In this document: positions 19,801-27,639 of the stretch, piece by piece
Layout of the letters: the number at the start of each line of letters is the position of its first letter
How positions within the stretch are numbered: position 1 is the stretch's first letter
Origin: Phycisphaeraceae bacterium
Lineage (GTDB): Bacteria > Planctomycetota > Phycisphaerae > Phycisphaerales > Zrk34
Length of the DNA stretch: 57,080 nucleotides
Direction: 5' to 3'
Assembly: GCA_040905565.1 (NCBI GenBank)
Contig: JBBDRF010000011.1
Location: 1 to 57,080, forward strand
Program-made: the position numbers and the translations under genes
Notes under the pieces: generated by a model
The model's input: the letters and a program-made list of their open reading frames with translations, nothing else
What the model was told of the DNA's origin: nothing
The model's database searches: none

Positions 19801-20798
19801 CGTTGCTGCTGCGAATCGGCACGTTCGGCTTCGTGGGCTTCGTCGGCGGTGCGCTTCTCGGCTGTCATGGCGGCGTGCAACGCAGCGAGGGCGGGGAGCA
19901 GATTCTGGTAGCGCGCAGTGAGACGACGTCGGCCGTGGAACCGCAGTGCCCAGCCGCCGCCGAGCGCGATGATGAGGCCGCCGAGCAGCGCGCCGCCGAG
20001 CATCGTGCCCTGCGTTTGCGAGTCGGCATCCGGTTGCAGCTGCGACAGTGCCCCGCCGATGGCGCCGGCGACAATGAGGCCTGCGAGGATGTACGACCAC
20101 CCGCCGAACAGCAGGCTGGGCACGAGTCGGGGGAAGCGATCGAGCGATTGCACGACCTGCTCGCGCGCCGTGTCGTAATCGTCGACCGCTTCAATCTCCG
20201 CTGCGGCCTCCTCGACCTGCTGCTGAACCTCGGGAGGCCTCATCAGGTGACGGCGGTGTTGCTGCTCCACGCGTGCGAACAGAGCCTGCGTGTCCTTTTC
20301 GCGGCGTTGGAAGAGGACGTCGGCTTTCTGATGTTTCTCGCGGGCTGCCGTCAGCCGCATCTCGTGAAGGCTGTCGGCCATCCAGAGATCGTTTTCCAGC
20401 TTCTTGCGGATCTTGCGTTCTGAAAGCTCTTCCTGGTCCTTCAATTCCTCCCGGGCTGATCGGTACTGCTTATCGGCCTGGGCCTGCGCGGTGCTGCGGC
20501 GGGTTTCCAGCTCGGGCAGATCACGGTCGAGCCTTGCCTTCACGGCCCGGCTGTACTTTTCATAGCGGCTGGTGATGCGATGACGGGCGCGGGAATCGCG
20601 GGCCTGTATCTCGCCGCCGACTTGTTCGAGATGCTTTTGAAGGTCGGCTTCGCGCTCGACGGTGTGGCGCGCGAGGCGGGCGAGGTCCTCAAGGGCGCGT
20701 GTCTGGAGGCGCGCGAACTCGGCTGGCAGCGGCTGCGGATCGGCCGTGGCCGTTGCGGCGGCCGGTGGCGCGTCAGGCTCCCCGTTGCCTTTATTCAT
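16815..20798 (-). CDS. FtsK/SpoIIIE-family EccC/EssC-like membrane ATPase
   Basis: Coiled coils, two TM helices, three FtsK-like domains. The central one has AGKTGSGKST, YLVDFKKGVEF, LLIIDEFQE, GRAFGIHVLLGSQ. Start moved to MNKGNG (20798) to avoid overlap with the upstream gene. Confidence 0.88.
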   Translation of the reverse strand: MNKGNGEPDAPPAAATATADPQPLPAEFARLQTRALEDLARLARHTVEREADLQKHLEQVGGEIQARDSRARHRITSRYEKYSRAVKARLDRDLPELETRRSTAQAQADKQYRSAREELKDQEELSERKIRKKLENDLWMADSLHEMRLTAAREKHQKADVLFQRREKDTQALFARVEQQHRRHLMRPPEVQQQVEEAAAEIEAVDDYDTAREQVVQSLDRFPRLVPSLLFGGWSYILAGLIVAGAIGGALSQLQPDADSQTQGTMLGGALLGGLIIALGGGWALRFHGRRRLTARYQNLLPALAALHAAMTAEKRTADEAHEAERADSQQQRNDERDRAKGKHAPLLEKFTARRKKLTDQIQARYKQRCEAIQAEADQIAGSIEQWRREKTDAVEGQFSRSISQLDARTNKRQQALDDEAEQAYQQLQDRWAQGTQPMRQVLDQVDHLPDVYHHPWHDHDWSDWQPARPAAAVIRIGQLHVEPDRMSGSSGGSDRYRTNLPHAFDLPATLAFAEHGSLMFEHDAPSRDAALALLRSIVARLMVTLPPARARFTFIDPVGLGATFAGFMHLADYNELLVGQRIWTEPEHIQRRLAELTEHMETVIQKYLRNEFATIDAFNAQAGELAEPYRFLVLADFPKNIDEAAAQRLHAIMTNGARCGVYVLLARDRRHPLPTGLTVDDLRAAATTLTHERKTFTWPDEPYKHYPLTLDAPPTDEQLSQIVRTVGNKAREGDRVEMPFSTIAPTPAEFWTATCDFELRVPIGRSGATRMQELSLGKGVAQHALMAGKTGSGKSTLMHAMVTNLALWYSPDQVEFYLVDFKKGVEFKTYATHNLPHARAVAVESDREFGLSVLRRLDAELEHRGELFRKAGVQVLGEYRRAVPDQPMPRSLLIIDEFQELFSQDDKIAQDASLLIDRLVRQGRAFGIHVLLGSQTLAGGGGLSRSTIGQMAIRIALQCNESDSQLIFEDTNAAARLLTRPGEAIYNDAGGAIEGNNPFQVAWLDDRQREHYLSEASRLAAERFPDAEPPIVFEGNAAADVRKNRTLAALLQAQTPPATPPNEPLIWLGEPITIKAPSAAVLARRSGSNLLMVGQRDEAALAMFAAGLLSLAAQHSPEDATFLIFDATPADSPHADLLARVAAAVPHDARIVPPSETDEAFTQLNEELTSRQQPGSEADHLPACFIFIVGLQRYRTLRKKEDDFSLSFRDEDESAAPSPDKIFAELLREGPPLGMHVVTWADTPIALDRTLDRSALREFDWRVLFQMSATDSANLIDSPEAATLGQYRAILCSEEQGVFEKFRPYEPLEKTWLNQLPNKITNPQQQ

Positions 20799-20865
20799 CG
20801 GATCATCCAATCGGAAGCGGTCGGTGGGCGGGTCAGTGGCGCGAGGCGGGCACGGATCATGCGGA

Positions 20866-21087
20866 TCACGTGTCGGCCTGGCATTCGGCGCGTGCACGTT
20901 GGAGCGTCTCGGCGAGCGGGCCGAGGGCGGACAGGGCGGCGCGGGTGTCTTCGTGCAGGGGCTGAATGTGCTCCTGCTCAAAGCGCTGGCCGACTTCGTC
21001 GCGCCAATCTTCCCGGGCCTCTTGCCAGGCGCGGTTGAGCTTTTTCAGGCCATCGGTCAACTTCGCACGTCCGCTTTGTACGCTCAT
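20866..21087 (-). CDS. Small helical WXG100-like protein (73 aa, WRD motif)
   Basis: Helix-W-x-D-helix pattern (REDWRDEVGQRF). Co-oriented between the coiled-coil gene and the FtsK gene. Confidence 0.65.
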   Translation of the reverse strand: MSVQSGRAKLTDGLKKLNRAWQEAREDWRDEVGQRFEQEHIQPLHEDTRAALSALGPLAETLQRARAECQADT

Positions 21088-21137
21088 GTGCTCACGCTTT
21101 CATCATGGCAGGGTCGATCTCTCTGAGCAATCGTCGG

Positions 21138-21737
21138 CTATTGGGAGCTCTGAGATTCGTCGTTTTCGTCGGTGGGGTCGGCTGCGCCGGTGCGGGCGAC
21201 GGACGGCGCGTCCGCTGAGGGATCATGTGGGGGGCGCTCGCTGGGCGAGGGGGTGGTGAGGGAGACGTAGGCTTCGAGCGATCGGCTGAGGCGTTCGAGC
21301 AGGGCCAGGGCTCGCGGAATGTCCTGCTCCACGGAGCGGCCGAGGCGTTGCAGGGCCCCCTGCTGACGCATCCATTCCCGGTCGATTTCGCGACGCCATT
21401 TCTTAACCGCCAGCACCTTCTGCTCGGCTTCTTCGAGGCGCTGCTGCGCCCGCCGAAGGGCCCGTTCCTCATCCACTGTGGAGGTTTTGGAAACGTCGGA
21501 CGCTTCGAAACTTTTCTTGCTGCTGATTGCCTGCCGGGCCTGCTGCACCAGTTCCTGCCGTTTGCGGACCTGCTGTTGCCAGTAAGGCCCCTGCTCCTGC
21601 TCGAGCCAGGCAGCGGTGCGCTGGACGTCGCTTTGCGCTTCGGTGAGCGCCTGCTTCGTCTGGTCGGCGAACTTGACGAGGGCCGGGCGGAAACGGCGGA
21701 TCATGTCGATGGAATTGACGCGAGCGGTGGCGTGCAT
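21138..21737 (-). CDS. Coiled-coil protein of the WXG100/FtsK cluster
   Basis: All-helical, Q/R/E-rich, P/S/D-rich tail. N-terminus ARVNSIDMIRRF resembles the ANVDPAELRRF of the WXG100 gene. Confidence 0.7.
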   Translation of the reverse strand: MHATARVNSIDMIRRFRPALVKFADQTKQALTEAQSDVQRTAAWLEQEQGPYWQQQVRKRQELVQQARQAISSKKSFEASDVSKTSTVDEERALRRAQQRLEEAEQKVLAVKKWRREIDREWMRQQGALQRLGRSVEQDIPRALALLERLSRSLEAYVSLTTPSPSERPPHDPSADAPSVARTGAADPTDENDESQSSQ

Positions 21738-21833
21738 GGGCGCACTCCGTGGAAAAGGCGGGACCACGTTTGCGATTGTAACCGAGAACGCGGGGGGGAT
21801 CGCTGATCGTTCGGCCGATGCGTCGCGCCGGTG

Positions 21834-21982
21834 ACAACGAGCCGCGCACGTCAGTAAGCGGTTGTGCGTTCAATCTCGACGGATCGCGACGACGCGTCGC
21901 ACCGGTAGTCGAAGCCTCCTCTCGTATGCCCGGCGTGCGCAGAGTCCTGGCGCACAACCGCTCCCTTACGGTCGCGGCTCGT
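21834..21982. repeat. REP-like inverted doublet, family 1
   Basis: ACAACGAGCCGCGCACGTCAGTAAGCGGTTGTGCG (21834-21868) inverted to CGCACAACCGCTCCCTTACGGTCGCGGCTCGT (21951-21982). Confidence 0.8.
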
Positions 21983-22010
21983 ATTCGGCGCTTTGAGGCG
22001 TCCTGAGCGA

Positions 22011-22283
22011 TCAGCGTTGTTTGAGGTATTCTTCGACGTGGGCGGCTTTGCGGTTGAGGAACTGGGCGTGCTCTTCGGACGCGTCGAGGAAGCGGTTGAG
22101 GGACTTGAGTGTGTACTGCACTTCCTGGGCGAATCGCTGTTGTTCCTGGTCCTGCCAGCTCTGGCCGAGCGCGTTGGTGCGGGCGTTCATGGCGGACATC
22201 ATCTGTTGCAGATCACGGTTGAACTGCAAAAGCCCCTTCGCGAAGCGTCGCAGTTCGGCGGGGTCGACATTCGCTTTGGCCAT
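22011..22283 (-). CDS. WXG100/ESAT-6-like type VII secretion target
   Basis: 90 aa. Starts AKANVDPAELRRFA, central SWQD turn, helical hairpin, C-terminal HAQFLNRKAAHVEEYL. Confidence 0.85.
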   Translation of the reverse strand: MAKANVDPAELRRFAKGLLQFNRDLQQMMSAMNARTNALGQSWQDQEQQRFAQEVQYTLKSLNRFLDASEEHAQFLNRKAAHVEEYLKQR

Positions 22284-22368
22284 GGGTTGCCTTTCTTCAG
22301 AGGAAGCGGGGTTGCCGTTAGATTATCGCGCGGAGGGGTTGGGGGAAAAGCGGGAGGTTGATGGGGAT

Positions 22369-22396
22369 CCCACGACGGCACGCTGTGGGCTTCGGG
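22369..22396. repeat. REP-like palindrome, family 3 (degenerate)
   Basis: CCCACGACGGCACGCTGTGGGCTT, similar to 28302-28325 and 40889-40912. Confidence 0.55.
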
Positions 22397-22436
22397 TCTG
22401 TTAGTATGGACGGCTGATTTCTTTAGGAGGCGAATC

Positions 22437-23240
22437 ATGCGGATCGTGCGATTTATTGACGAGCAGGGACAGGTTCAGTTCGGCCACGACTACGGCGAAG
22501 GGTCGGCGGAATTGCTCGAAGGCGAGTTGCTGACGGGCCTGAAGCGGACGCATCGGCGTGTGGCGGTGACGAAGCTTCTGGCACCGCTGGAGCCGCGGGC
22601 GATTCTGTGCATCGGGCTGAACTATCGTAAGCATGCGGCGGAGATGGGCAGTCCGCTCCCGGAGCATCCGGTGCTGTTCATGAAGAATCCCGCAGCCTTG
22701 AATCATCCGGATGATGCGATTGTGATCCCGAGCTGCTGCGAGGAAGTGGAGCAGGTTGATTACGAGGCGGAACTGGCGGTGGTGATCGGCAGCCGGGCCA
22801 AGGATGTGCGGCCGGGCGTGGCGCTTGAGCATGTACTGGGGTACACGGCGGGGAACGATGTGTCGGCGAGGCACTGGCAGAAGAACCTGGGCGGAGGGCA
22901 GTGGATTCGTGGCAAGAGCTTTGATGGTTTTTGTCCGCTGGGGCCGGTGCTGGTGACGCCTGATGAGATCCCCAATCCGCAGGCGCTGACGGTGTCGGCT
23001 TCGGTGAACGGGGAGGTGGTGCAGGAGAGCAACACGTCGGACATGATCTTTAGCGTGGCGGAGTTGATCTCGCAGTTGTCGCAGGGGATGACGCTGCTGC
23101 CGGGGACGGTGATATTGACGGGGACGCCGAGCGGCGTGGGGGCGGGGCGGACGCCGCCTGTGTTCTTGAAGCCGACGGATGTGGTGGAGATCAAGATCGG
23201 TTCGATTGGGACGCTGCGTAACCCGGTGCGTGGTGAGTAG
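22437..23240 (+). CDS. Fumarylacetoacetate hydrolase family protein
   Basis: CIGLNY, PVLFMK, DYEAELAVVIG, NDVSAR, GKSFDGFCPLGP, ILTGTPSGVG. Confidence 0.92.
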   Translation: MRIVRFIDEQGQVQFGHDYGEGSAELLEGELLTGLKRTHRRVAVTKLLAPLEPRAILCIGLNYRKHAAEMGSPLPEHPVLFMKNPAALNHPDDAIVIPSCCEEVEQVDYEAELAVVIGSRAKDVRPGVALEHVLGYTAGNDVSARHWQKNLGGGQWIRGKSFDGFCPLGPVLVTPDEIPNPQALTVSASVNGEVVQESNTSDMIFSVAELISQLSQGMTLLPGTVILTGTPSGVGAGRTPPVFLKPTDVVEIKIGSIGTLRNPVRGE

Positions 23241-23287
23241 CGGTAAAAGCCGCAGCGGGCCGGTTGCGACCCGCCACGGCGAATCAC

Positions 23288-23425
23288 TGGCTGGACTCGT
23301 TCCGGCCCGGCATCAACTCCGGGTTTGTCCCCCCGCGTCAGAAGGTTCCGTTGGTCCTGCCGGTGATCCGGGGGTGTGCAACGGAAGCGGTGAGCACGGG
23401 GGGCGAATCATGGGCCGATCCAGCA
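23288..23425. ncRNA. Candidate structured ncRNA (long rod-like hairpin with internal bubble)
   Basis: Nested complementary segments CTGGA/TCCAG, CGGCCC/GGGCCG, CCCCCCG/CGGGGGG, TTCCGTTG/CAACGGAA, CCGG-TGAT-CCGG. Family not identified. Confidence 0.4.
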
Positions 23426-23685
23426 CTGCCTGACGTTCCTACCAAGTTGTACGATCCAACAAGTCAGCAGGTTCAGCGTTGGCCCGAGGTTTAAGATGCG
23501 ATTTTGCCCGATGGCGTTGGGTAAAGCGCAGGTGATGTGACCGCGGTGCGTGGGTGGGTATTTACAGGGGCGTGAGTTATTGCCGCTGGCGCAGACGGTG
23601 AACGCCGGGGAATGTTTCCAGTTGCCAGCGGCCGTGCATCCTGCTTAAAATTGCCGTACTTAACGGCACCATTCGGGAGGAACAT

Positions 23686-24315
23686 GTGACCGCCCAGCCC
23701 GCCGGAATCAACGCCAGTGTTCTTGTGCTCAACCGCCTGTACATGGCGGTGCGGGTGGTGACTGCGAAGCGTGCGTTCTCGCTTCTCTGCCGCGACCTCG
23801 CCGAGGTTATCAACGTCGAAGACGAACAGTACGTCAGCTACGACTTCGAGAGCTGGACTGAACTGAGCCAGTATCACGAGCAGACCGCCCGTGACGATTA
23901 CGACTGGGTGAGCACGGTGCAGTTGCAGATTGCGGTGCCGAAGATCATTCGGCTGTTCGGGTACGACCGCTTACCTCAGCAGACGGTGAAGCTGAATCGG
24001 CGGAACATTTACGCGCGTGATCACAACATCTGTCAGTACTGCGGCAGCCGATTCCCGACCAACGAGTTGACGCTTGATCATGTGAAGCCGCGTACGCAGG
24101 GCGGGGATTCGTCGTGGCAGAATCTGGTCTGTGCGTGCGTGGCCTGCAACAGCCGTAAGGGCGGGAGGACGCCTGAGCAGGCGCGGATGGATTTGATTCG
24201 CAGGCCGTTCAAACCTCGGCGGAACCCGGTGATCAGTTTGCGACTGGGGCAGGCGAAGTACGCGTCGTGGCAGGCGTTTTTGGACAATGCGTATTGGTCG
24301 GTCGAGCTGAAGTAG
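23686..24315 (+). CDS. HNH endonuclease (McrA-like, zinc-binding)
   Basis: RRNIYARDHNICQYCG, TLDHVKP, WQNLVCACVACNSRKG. GGGAGG SD before the GTG start. Confidence 0.9.
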   Translation: MTAQPAGINASVLVLNRLYMAVRVVTAKRAFSLLCRDLAEVINVEDEQYVSYDFESWTELSQYHEQTARDDYDWVSTVQLQIAVPKIIRLFGYDRLPQQTVKLNRRNIYARDHNICQYCGSRFPTNELTLDHVKPRTQGGDSSWQNLVCACVACNSRKGGRTPEQARMDLIRRPFKPRRNPVISLRLGQAKYASWQAFLDNAYWSVELK

Positions 24316-24385
24316 CTGCTATTTGCGACCACTGCCAGCGATGCCCCGACTTCCCCCAGGGGGCTGCCGAGGCTAAGCTGCGCGA

Positions 24386-25216
24386 ATGATCTGGAAATGG
24401 TGGAAGAACTTTAAGCGACGGCGCATTTTGGCGCAGCCGTTCCCGGAGGATCTTGAGCACGTGTTGCGCGAGCATCTGCCGGTGTACCGGACGCTGAGCG
24501 GCGAGGAGCGTGCGAAGATCCAAAGCGACAGCCGAATCCTGATGGCGGAGAAGCATTGGGAAGGCTGCGGCGGGCTGAACCTCACCGATCGGATGAAGGT
24601 GCTGATCGCCGCGCAGGCGGTGCTGTTGATCCTGTATCTTCAGCACGATCATTACCGGCGGGTGGGCAGCATACTGGTGTATCCCGACACGTTCATCGCA
24701 CCGAGCCAGCAGGAGGGGCCGGGCGGGATGGTGAGCGAATCGGATGTGCCCGCCCACGGCCAGGCCGTCAGCAGCGGGACGGTGATTCTGGCCTGGACGC
24801 CGATCATCGAAGGGGCAGCCGACCCGCACGACGGGCGCAACGTCGTGTTTCATGAGTTCGCCCATAAGCTGGACATGCTGGACGGGTTCGTCGACGGCAC
24901 GCCGCCGCTTTCGAATCAACGGCAGTACGACGCGTGGACACGCATCATGACCGAGCACTATGAGCAGCTTCGCGAGGACCTCAAGGCCGGCCGGCGTACG
25001 CTGCTGGATCCGTACGCAGCGACGAACCCGGCTGAGTTTTTCGCCGTGGCGACCGAGTGCTTCTTCGAGATCGGGTCAACCCTCAAGCGGCGCCACCCGG
25101 ATTTGTATCGCCTGCTGGCGGAGTTTTATCGGCAGGACCCCGTCGCTCGCCATCAACGGCTGATCGGCGAAGCGGTGCGCCAGGCGGGGCTGCCGCCGAG
25201 TGGCGAGACGCTTTGA
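24386..25216 (+). CDS. M90 (MtfA-like) zinc peptidase
   Basis: ILVYP, DGRNVVFHEFAHKLD, YAATNPAEFFAVATECFFE. Confidence 0.88.
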   Translation: MIWKWWKNFKRRRILAQPFPEDLEHVLREHLPVYRTLSGEERAKIQSDSRILMAEKHWEGCGGLNLTDRMKVLIAAQAVLLILYLQHDHYRRVGSILVYPDTFIAPSQQEGPGGMVSESDVPAHGQAVSSGTVILAWTPIIEGAADPHDGRNVVFHEFAHKLDMLDGFVDGTPPLSNQRQYDAWTRIMTEHYEQLREDLKAGRRTLLDPYAATNPAEFFAVATECFFEIGSTLKRRHPDLYRLLAEFYRQDPVARHQRLIGEAVRQAGLPPSGETL

Positions 25217-25232
25217 CAGGGGTGGCGCATGC

Positions 25233-25258
25233 CCGGCGTGGCGTAGCCGCGCGGCTAT
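25233..25258. repeat. REP-like palindrome, family 2
   Basis: CCGGCGTGGCGTAGCCGCGCGGCTAT, second copy of 16793-16818. Confidence 0.6.
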
Positions 25259-25308
25259 CGGATTCTGGTGAATCGACGTGAGGGGGCGGGCCCGCTAGAG
25301 TTTCCGCT

Positions 25309-27138
25309 ATGGGCATCCTCCTGAACGCGAATAATCTGAGTAAGACGTACGGCGTGCGGTCGCTTTTTGAAGCGGTCAGCCTTTCCATTCACGACGGCGA
25401 GCGCGTCGGGCTCATCGGGCCGAACGGGTCCGGCAAGAGCACGCTGCTGAAGCTGCTGGCCGGGCTGGAGACGCCTGACCTGCTGACCGCGGCCGGCGAG
25501 TCGCCTGAGATCACCACGCGCCGTAATCTGCGTGTCGGCTATGTCGCGCAGAGCGACGATTTCGATCCGCAGGCCACCCTTTCGCAGGTGGTCGCTGACG
25601 CCCTGACCGACACCGTTCAGGATGAACATGACCGCCAGATCGAGGCGGATATGGCGCTGTCGCAGGTGGGGCTGGACGATTTTGATCAGAAGGTGGGGAC
25701 GCTGTCGGGTGGTTGGCGGAAGCGGTTGGCGATCGCTCAGCAGATCGCGCGCGATCCTGAAATTCTGCTGCTGGATGAGCCGACGAACCACCTGGACATG
25801 CGCAGCATCGAGTGGCTTGAGAAGCTGTTGCAGGGCCTGCCGTTCGCGACGGTGATTGTGACGCATGACCGGTATTTTCTTGAGCGGGCGGTGACGCGGA
25901 TCGTGGAGCTGAGCCGGGCGTATCCGACCGGCACGTTCGCTGTCGATGGTCCGTACAGCACGTTCCTCAAACGCCGTGCGGAATTCCTGCACGCCCAGGC
26001 ACAACAGCAGCAGGGGCTGGCGGCGAAGGTGCGGGAGGACATCAAGTGGCTCAGCCGCGGTGCGAAGGCGAGGCGGACCAAGAGCAAATCGCGGATCGAT
26101 GCGTCGCATCAGCGGATGGATGACCTGGCGGAGTTGAAGTTCCGCAACGCGCCGGACCAGGCGGCGGGGCTGGATTTCACCGCGAGCGGTCGCAAGACCA
26201 AGAAGCTTCTCGAAGCGACGGGGCTGCGAAAATCACTCGGCGGACGGTTGCTGTTTGACGACCTCGATCTGCTGCTTGCGCCCGGCACACGCGTCGGCCT
26301 GCTCGGCGAAAACGGCAGCGGGAAGACGACGCTGATTCGGCTGCTGACGGGCGAACTGGAACCTGATGCGGGCACGATCAAGCGAGCCGACGGACTTCGT
26401 ACGGTGGTGTTCACGCAGAACCGGGCGGAGCTGGATATGCGCCAGCCGCTGCGGGATGCGCTGTGTCCGGGCAGCGATTTTGTGACGTTCCGCGACAAGC
26501 AGATTCACGTGAATGCGTGGGCGCAGCGTTTCCTGTTTCGCCCCGATCAGTTCAACGCCAGCGTCGGCGACCTCTCCGGCGGTGAGCAGGCGCGCATCCT
26601 GATCGCCAGGCTGATGCTCAAGCCTGCGGACCTGCTGATCCTCGATGAACCGACGAACGATCTGGATATCGCGTCGCTGGAGGTGCTCGAGCAGAGCCTG
26701 GTCGACTTTCCCGGTGCGGTGCTGCTGGTGACGCATGACCGGTACATGCTCGATCGCCTGTCCACCGAGATCCTGGCACTCGACGGCAAAGGCGATGCCC
26801 ACCGCTATGCCGAACTCGCCCAATGGCTCCGCACCCCCCCCACCTCTTCCGACGATGTTCCTGCGACGTCCGTTGCTTCGGGCAGCGTGGGGGCAGCTAC
26901 CGCGACGGCACCGCCGAAGCCGAAGAAGAAGCTTTCGTACAAGGATCAGCGTGAGCTCGATCAGATGGAGAGCACCATCACGAAGGCGGAGGCGGAGGTT
27001 GAGCAGCTGGAAGCGGAGACAACGGACCCGGCCGTGATGGCCGACCACGTGAAGCTGCAGGATGCCTGCCGTCGGTTGGAAGCTGCGCACACACGCGTGA
27101 CCGAACTCTACGCCCGCTGGGAAGAACTCGGCGGCTAG
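25309..27138 (+). CDS. uup: ABC-F family ATPase, Uup-like
   Basis: Two ABC domains (GPNGSGKS, GENGSGKT, LSGG, LDEPTN), GAKARRTKSK linker, C-terminal KKKLSYKDQREL...RWEEL. Confidence 0.85.
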   Translation: MGILLNANNLSKTYGVRSLFEAVSLSIHDGERVGLIGPNGSGKSTLLKLLAGLETPDLLTAAGESPEITTRRNLRVGYVAQSDDFDPQATLSQVVADALTDTVQDEHDRQIEADMALSQVGLDDFDQKVGTLSGGWRKRLAIAQQIARDPEILLLDEPTNHLDMRSIEWLEKLLQGLPFATVIVTHDRYFLERAVTRIVELSRAYPTGTFAVDGPYSTFLKRRAEFLHAQAQQQQGLAAKVREDIKWLSRGAKARRTKSKSRIDASHQRMDDLAELKFRNAPDQAAGLDFTASGRKTKKLLEATGLRKSLGGRLLFDDLDLLLAPGTRVGLLGENGSGKTTLIRLLTGELEPDAGTIKRADGLRTVVFTQNRAELDMRQPLRDALCPGSDFVTFRDKQIHVNAWAQRFLFRPDQFNASVGDLSGGEQARILIARLMLKPADLLILDEPTNDLDIASLEVLEQSLVDFPGAVLLVTHDRYMLDRLSTEILALDGKGDAHRYAELAQWLRTPPTSSDDVPATSVASGSVGAATATAPPKPKKKLSYKDQRELDQMESTITKAEAEVEQLEAETTDPAVMADHVKLQDACRRLEAAHTRVTELYARWEELGG

Positions 27139-27171
27139 TACAGGGTTAGCGAGATCGCCCGCTAACGAACG

Positions 27172-27513
27172 TTAAACCCTGGGGCCTTTTTCGACGGGGC
27201 GTTGGGCCTGTTCCCAGGCTTCGATGCCGCCTTCAAAATCGAGGACGTTGGTGAAGCCGGCGTGCTCGAGCTTCTTCGCAGCGGTGGGCGAGGCGGTGCA
27301 TTCGGTGTTCGCGCAGTAGACCACGATGGTGCGGTCCTTGTCGCCGACCATCTGCTCGACGCGCTCGGCGAAGTTGGGCGTGTTTATGGGCACATTGCGG
27401 GAGCCGGGGATGTGATGCTCGTGGAAGTTTTCCTCGTCGAGGACGTTAATGAGCATGAATTCGTCCCCTTGCGTCATCATCTCGTGGAGTTCGTTGACGT
27501 CGATCGTTTCCAT
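27172..27513 (-). CDS. Single-domain rhodanese
   Basis: HIPGS, IVVYCANTEC, FEGGIEAW. Confidence 0.88.
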   Translation of the reverse strand: METIDVNELHEMMTQGDEFMLINVLDEENFHEHHIPGSRNVPINTPNFAERVEQMVGDKDRTIVVYCANTECTASPTAAKKLEHAGFTNVLDFEGGIEAWEQAQRPVEKGPRV

Positions 27514-27639
27514 GGCCGCCTCCTTCGTTGGTTCTCTTACTTGGTAGGCGGCTGACCGCCTGTGGGACCATCACGGAAGCCATTGGTTGGGGGTCGTGGC
27601 GATCCCGATATGCTCACTCGGCTGGTTACAATCTGAACG

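Noticed and set aside
16815..20798. Cell-division DNA translocase FtsK
   Set aside because: No 4-TM N-terminal domain or gamma domain, three tandem ATPase-like domains, and WXG100 neighbours.
20799..20981. N-terminal extension of the FtsK ORF
   Set aside because: Pro/Arg-rich shadow sequence overlapping the 73-aa WXG100-like gene.
23288..23425. Hairpin as SRP (4.5S) RNA or tRNA
   Set aside because: No CAGG..GNRA..AGCAG domain IV motif and no cloverleaf or T-loop on either strand.
23686..24315. HNH protein as an IscB/Cas9-like RNA-guided nuclease
   Set aside because: Only 209 aa, with no RuvC motifs, PLMP start or bridge helix. It resembles the common standalone McrA-like HNH family.
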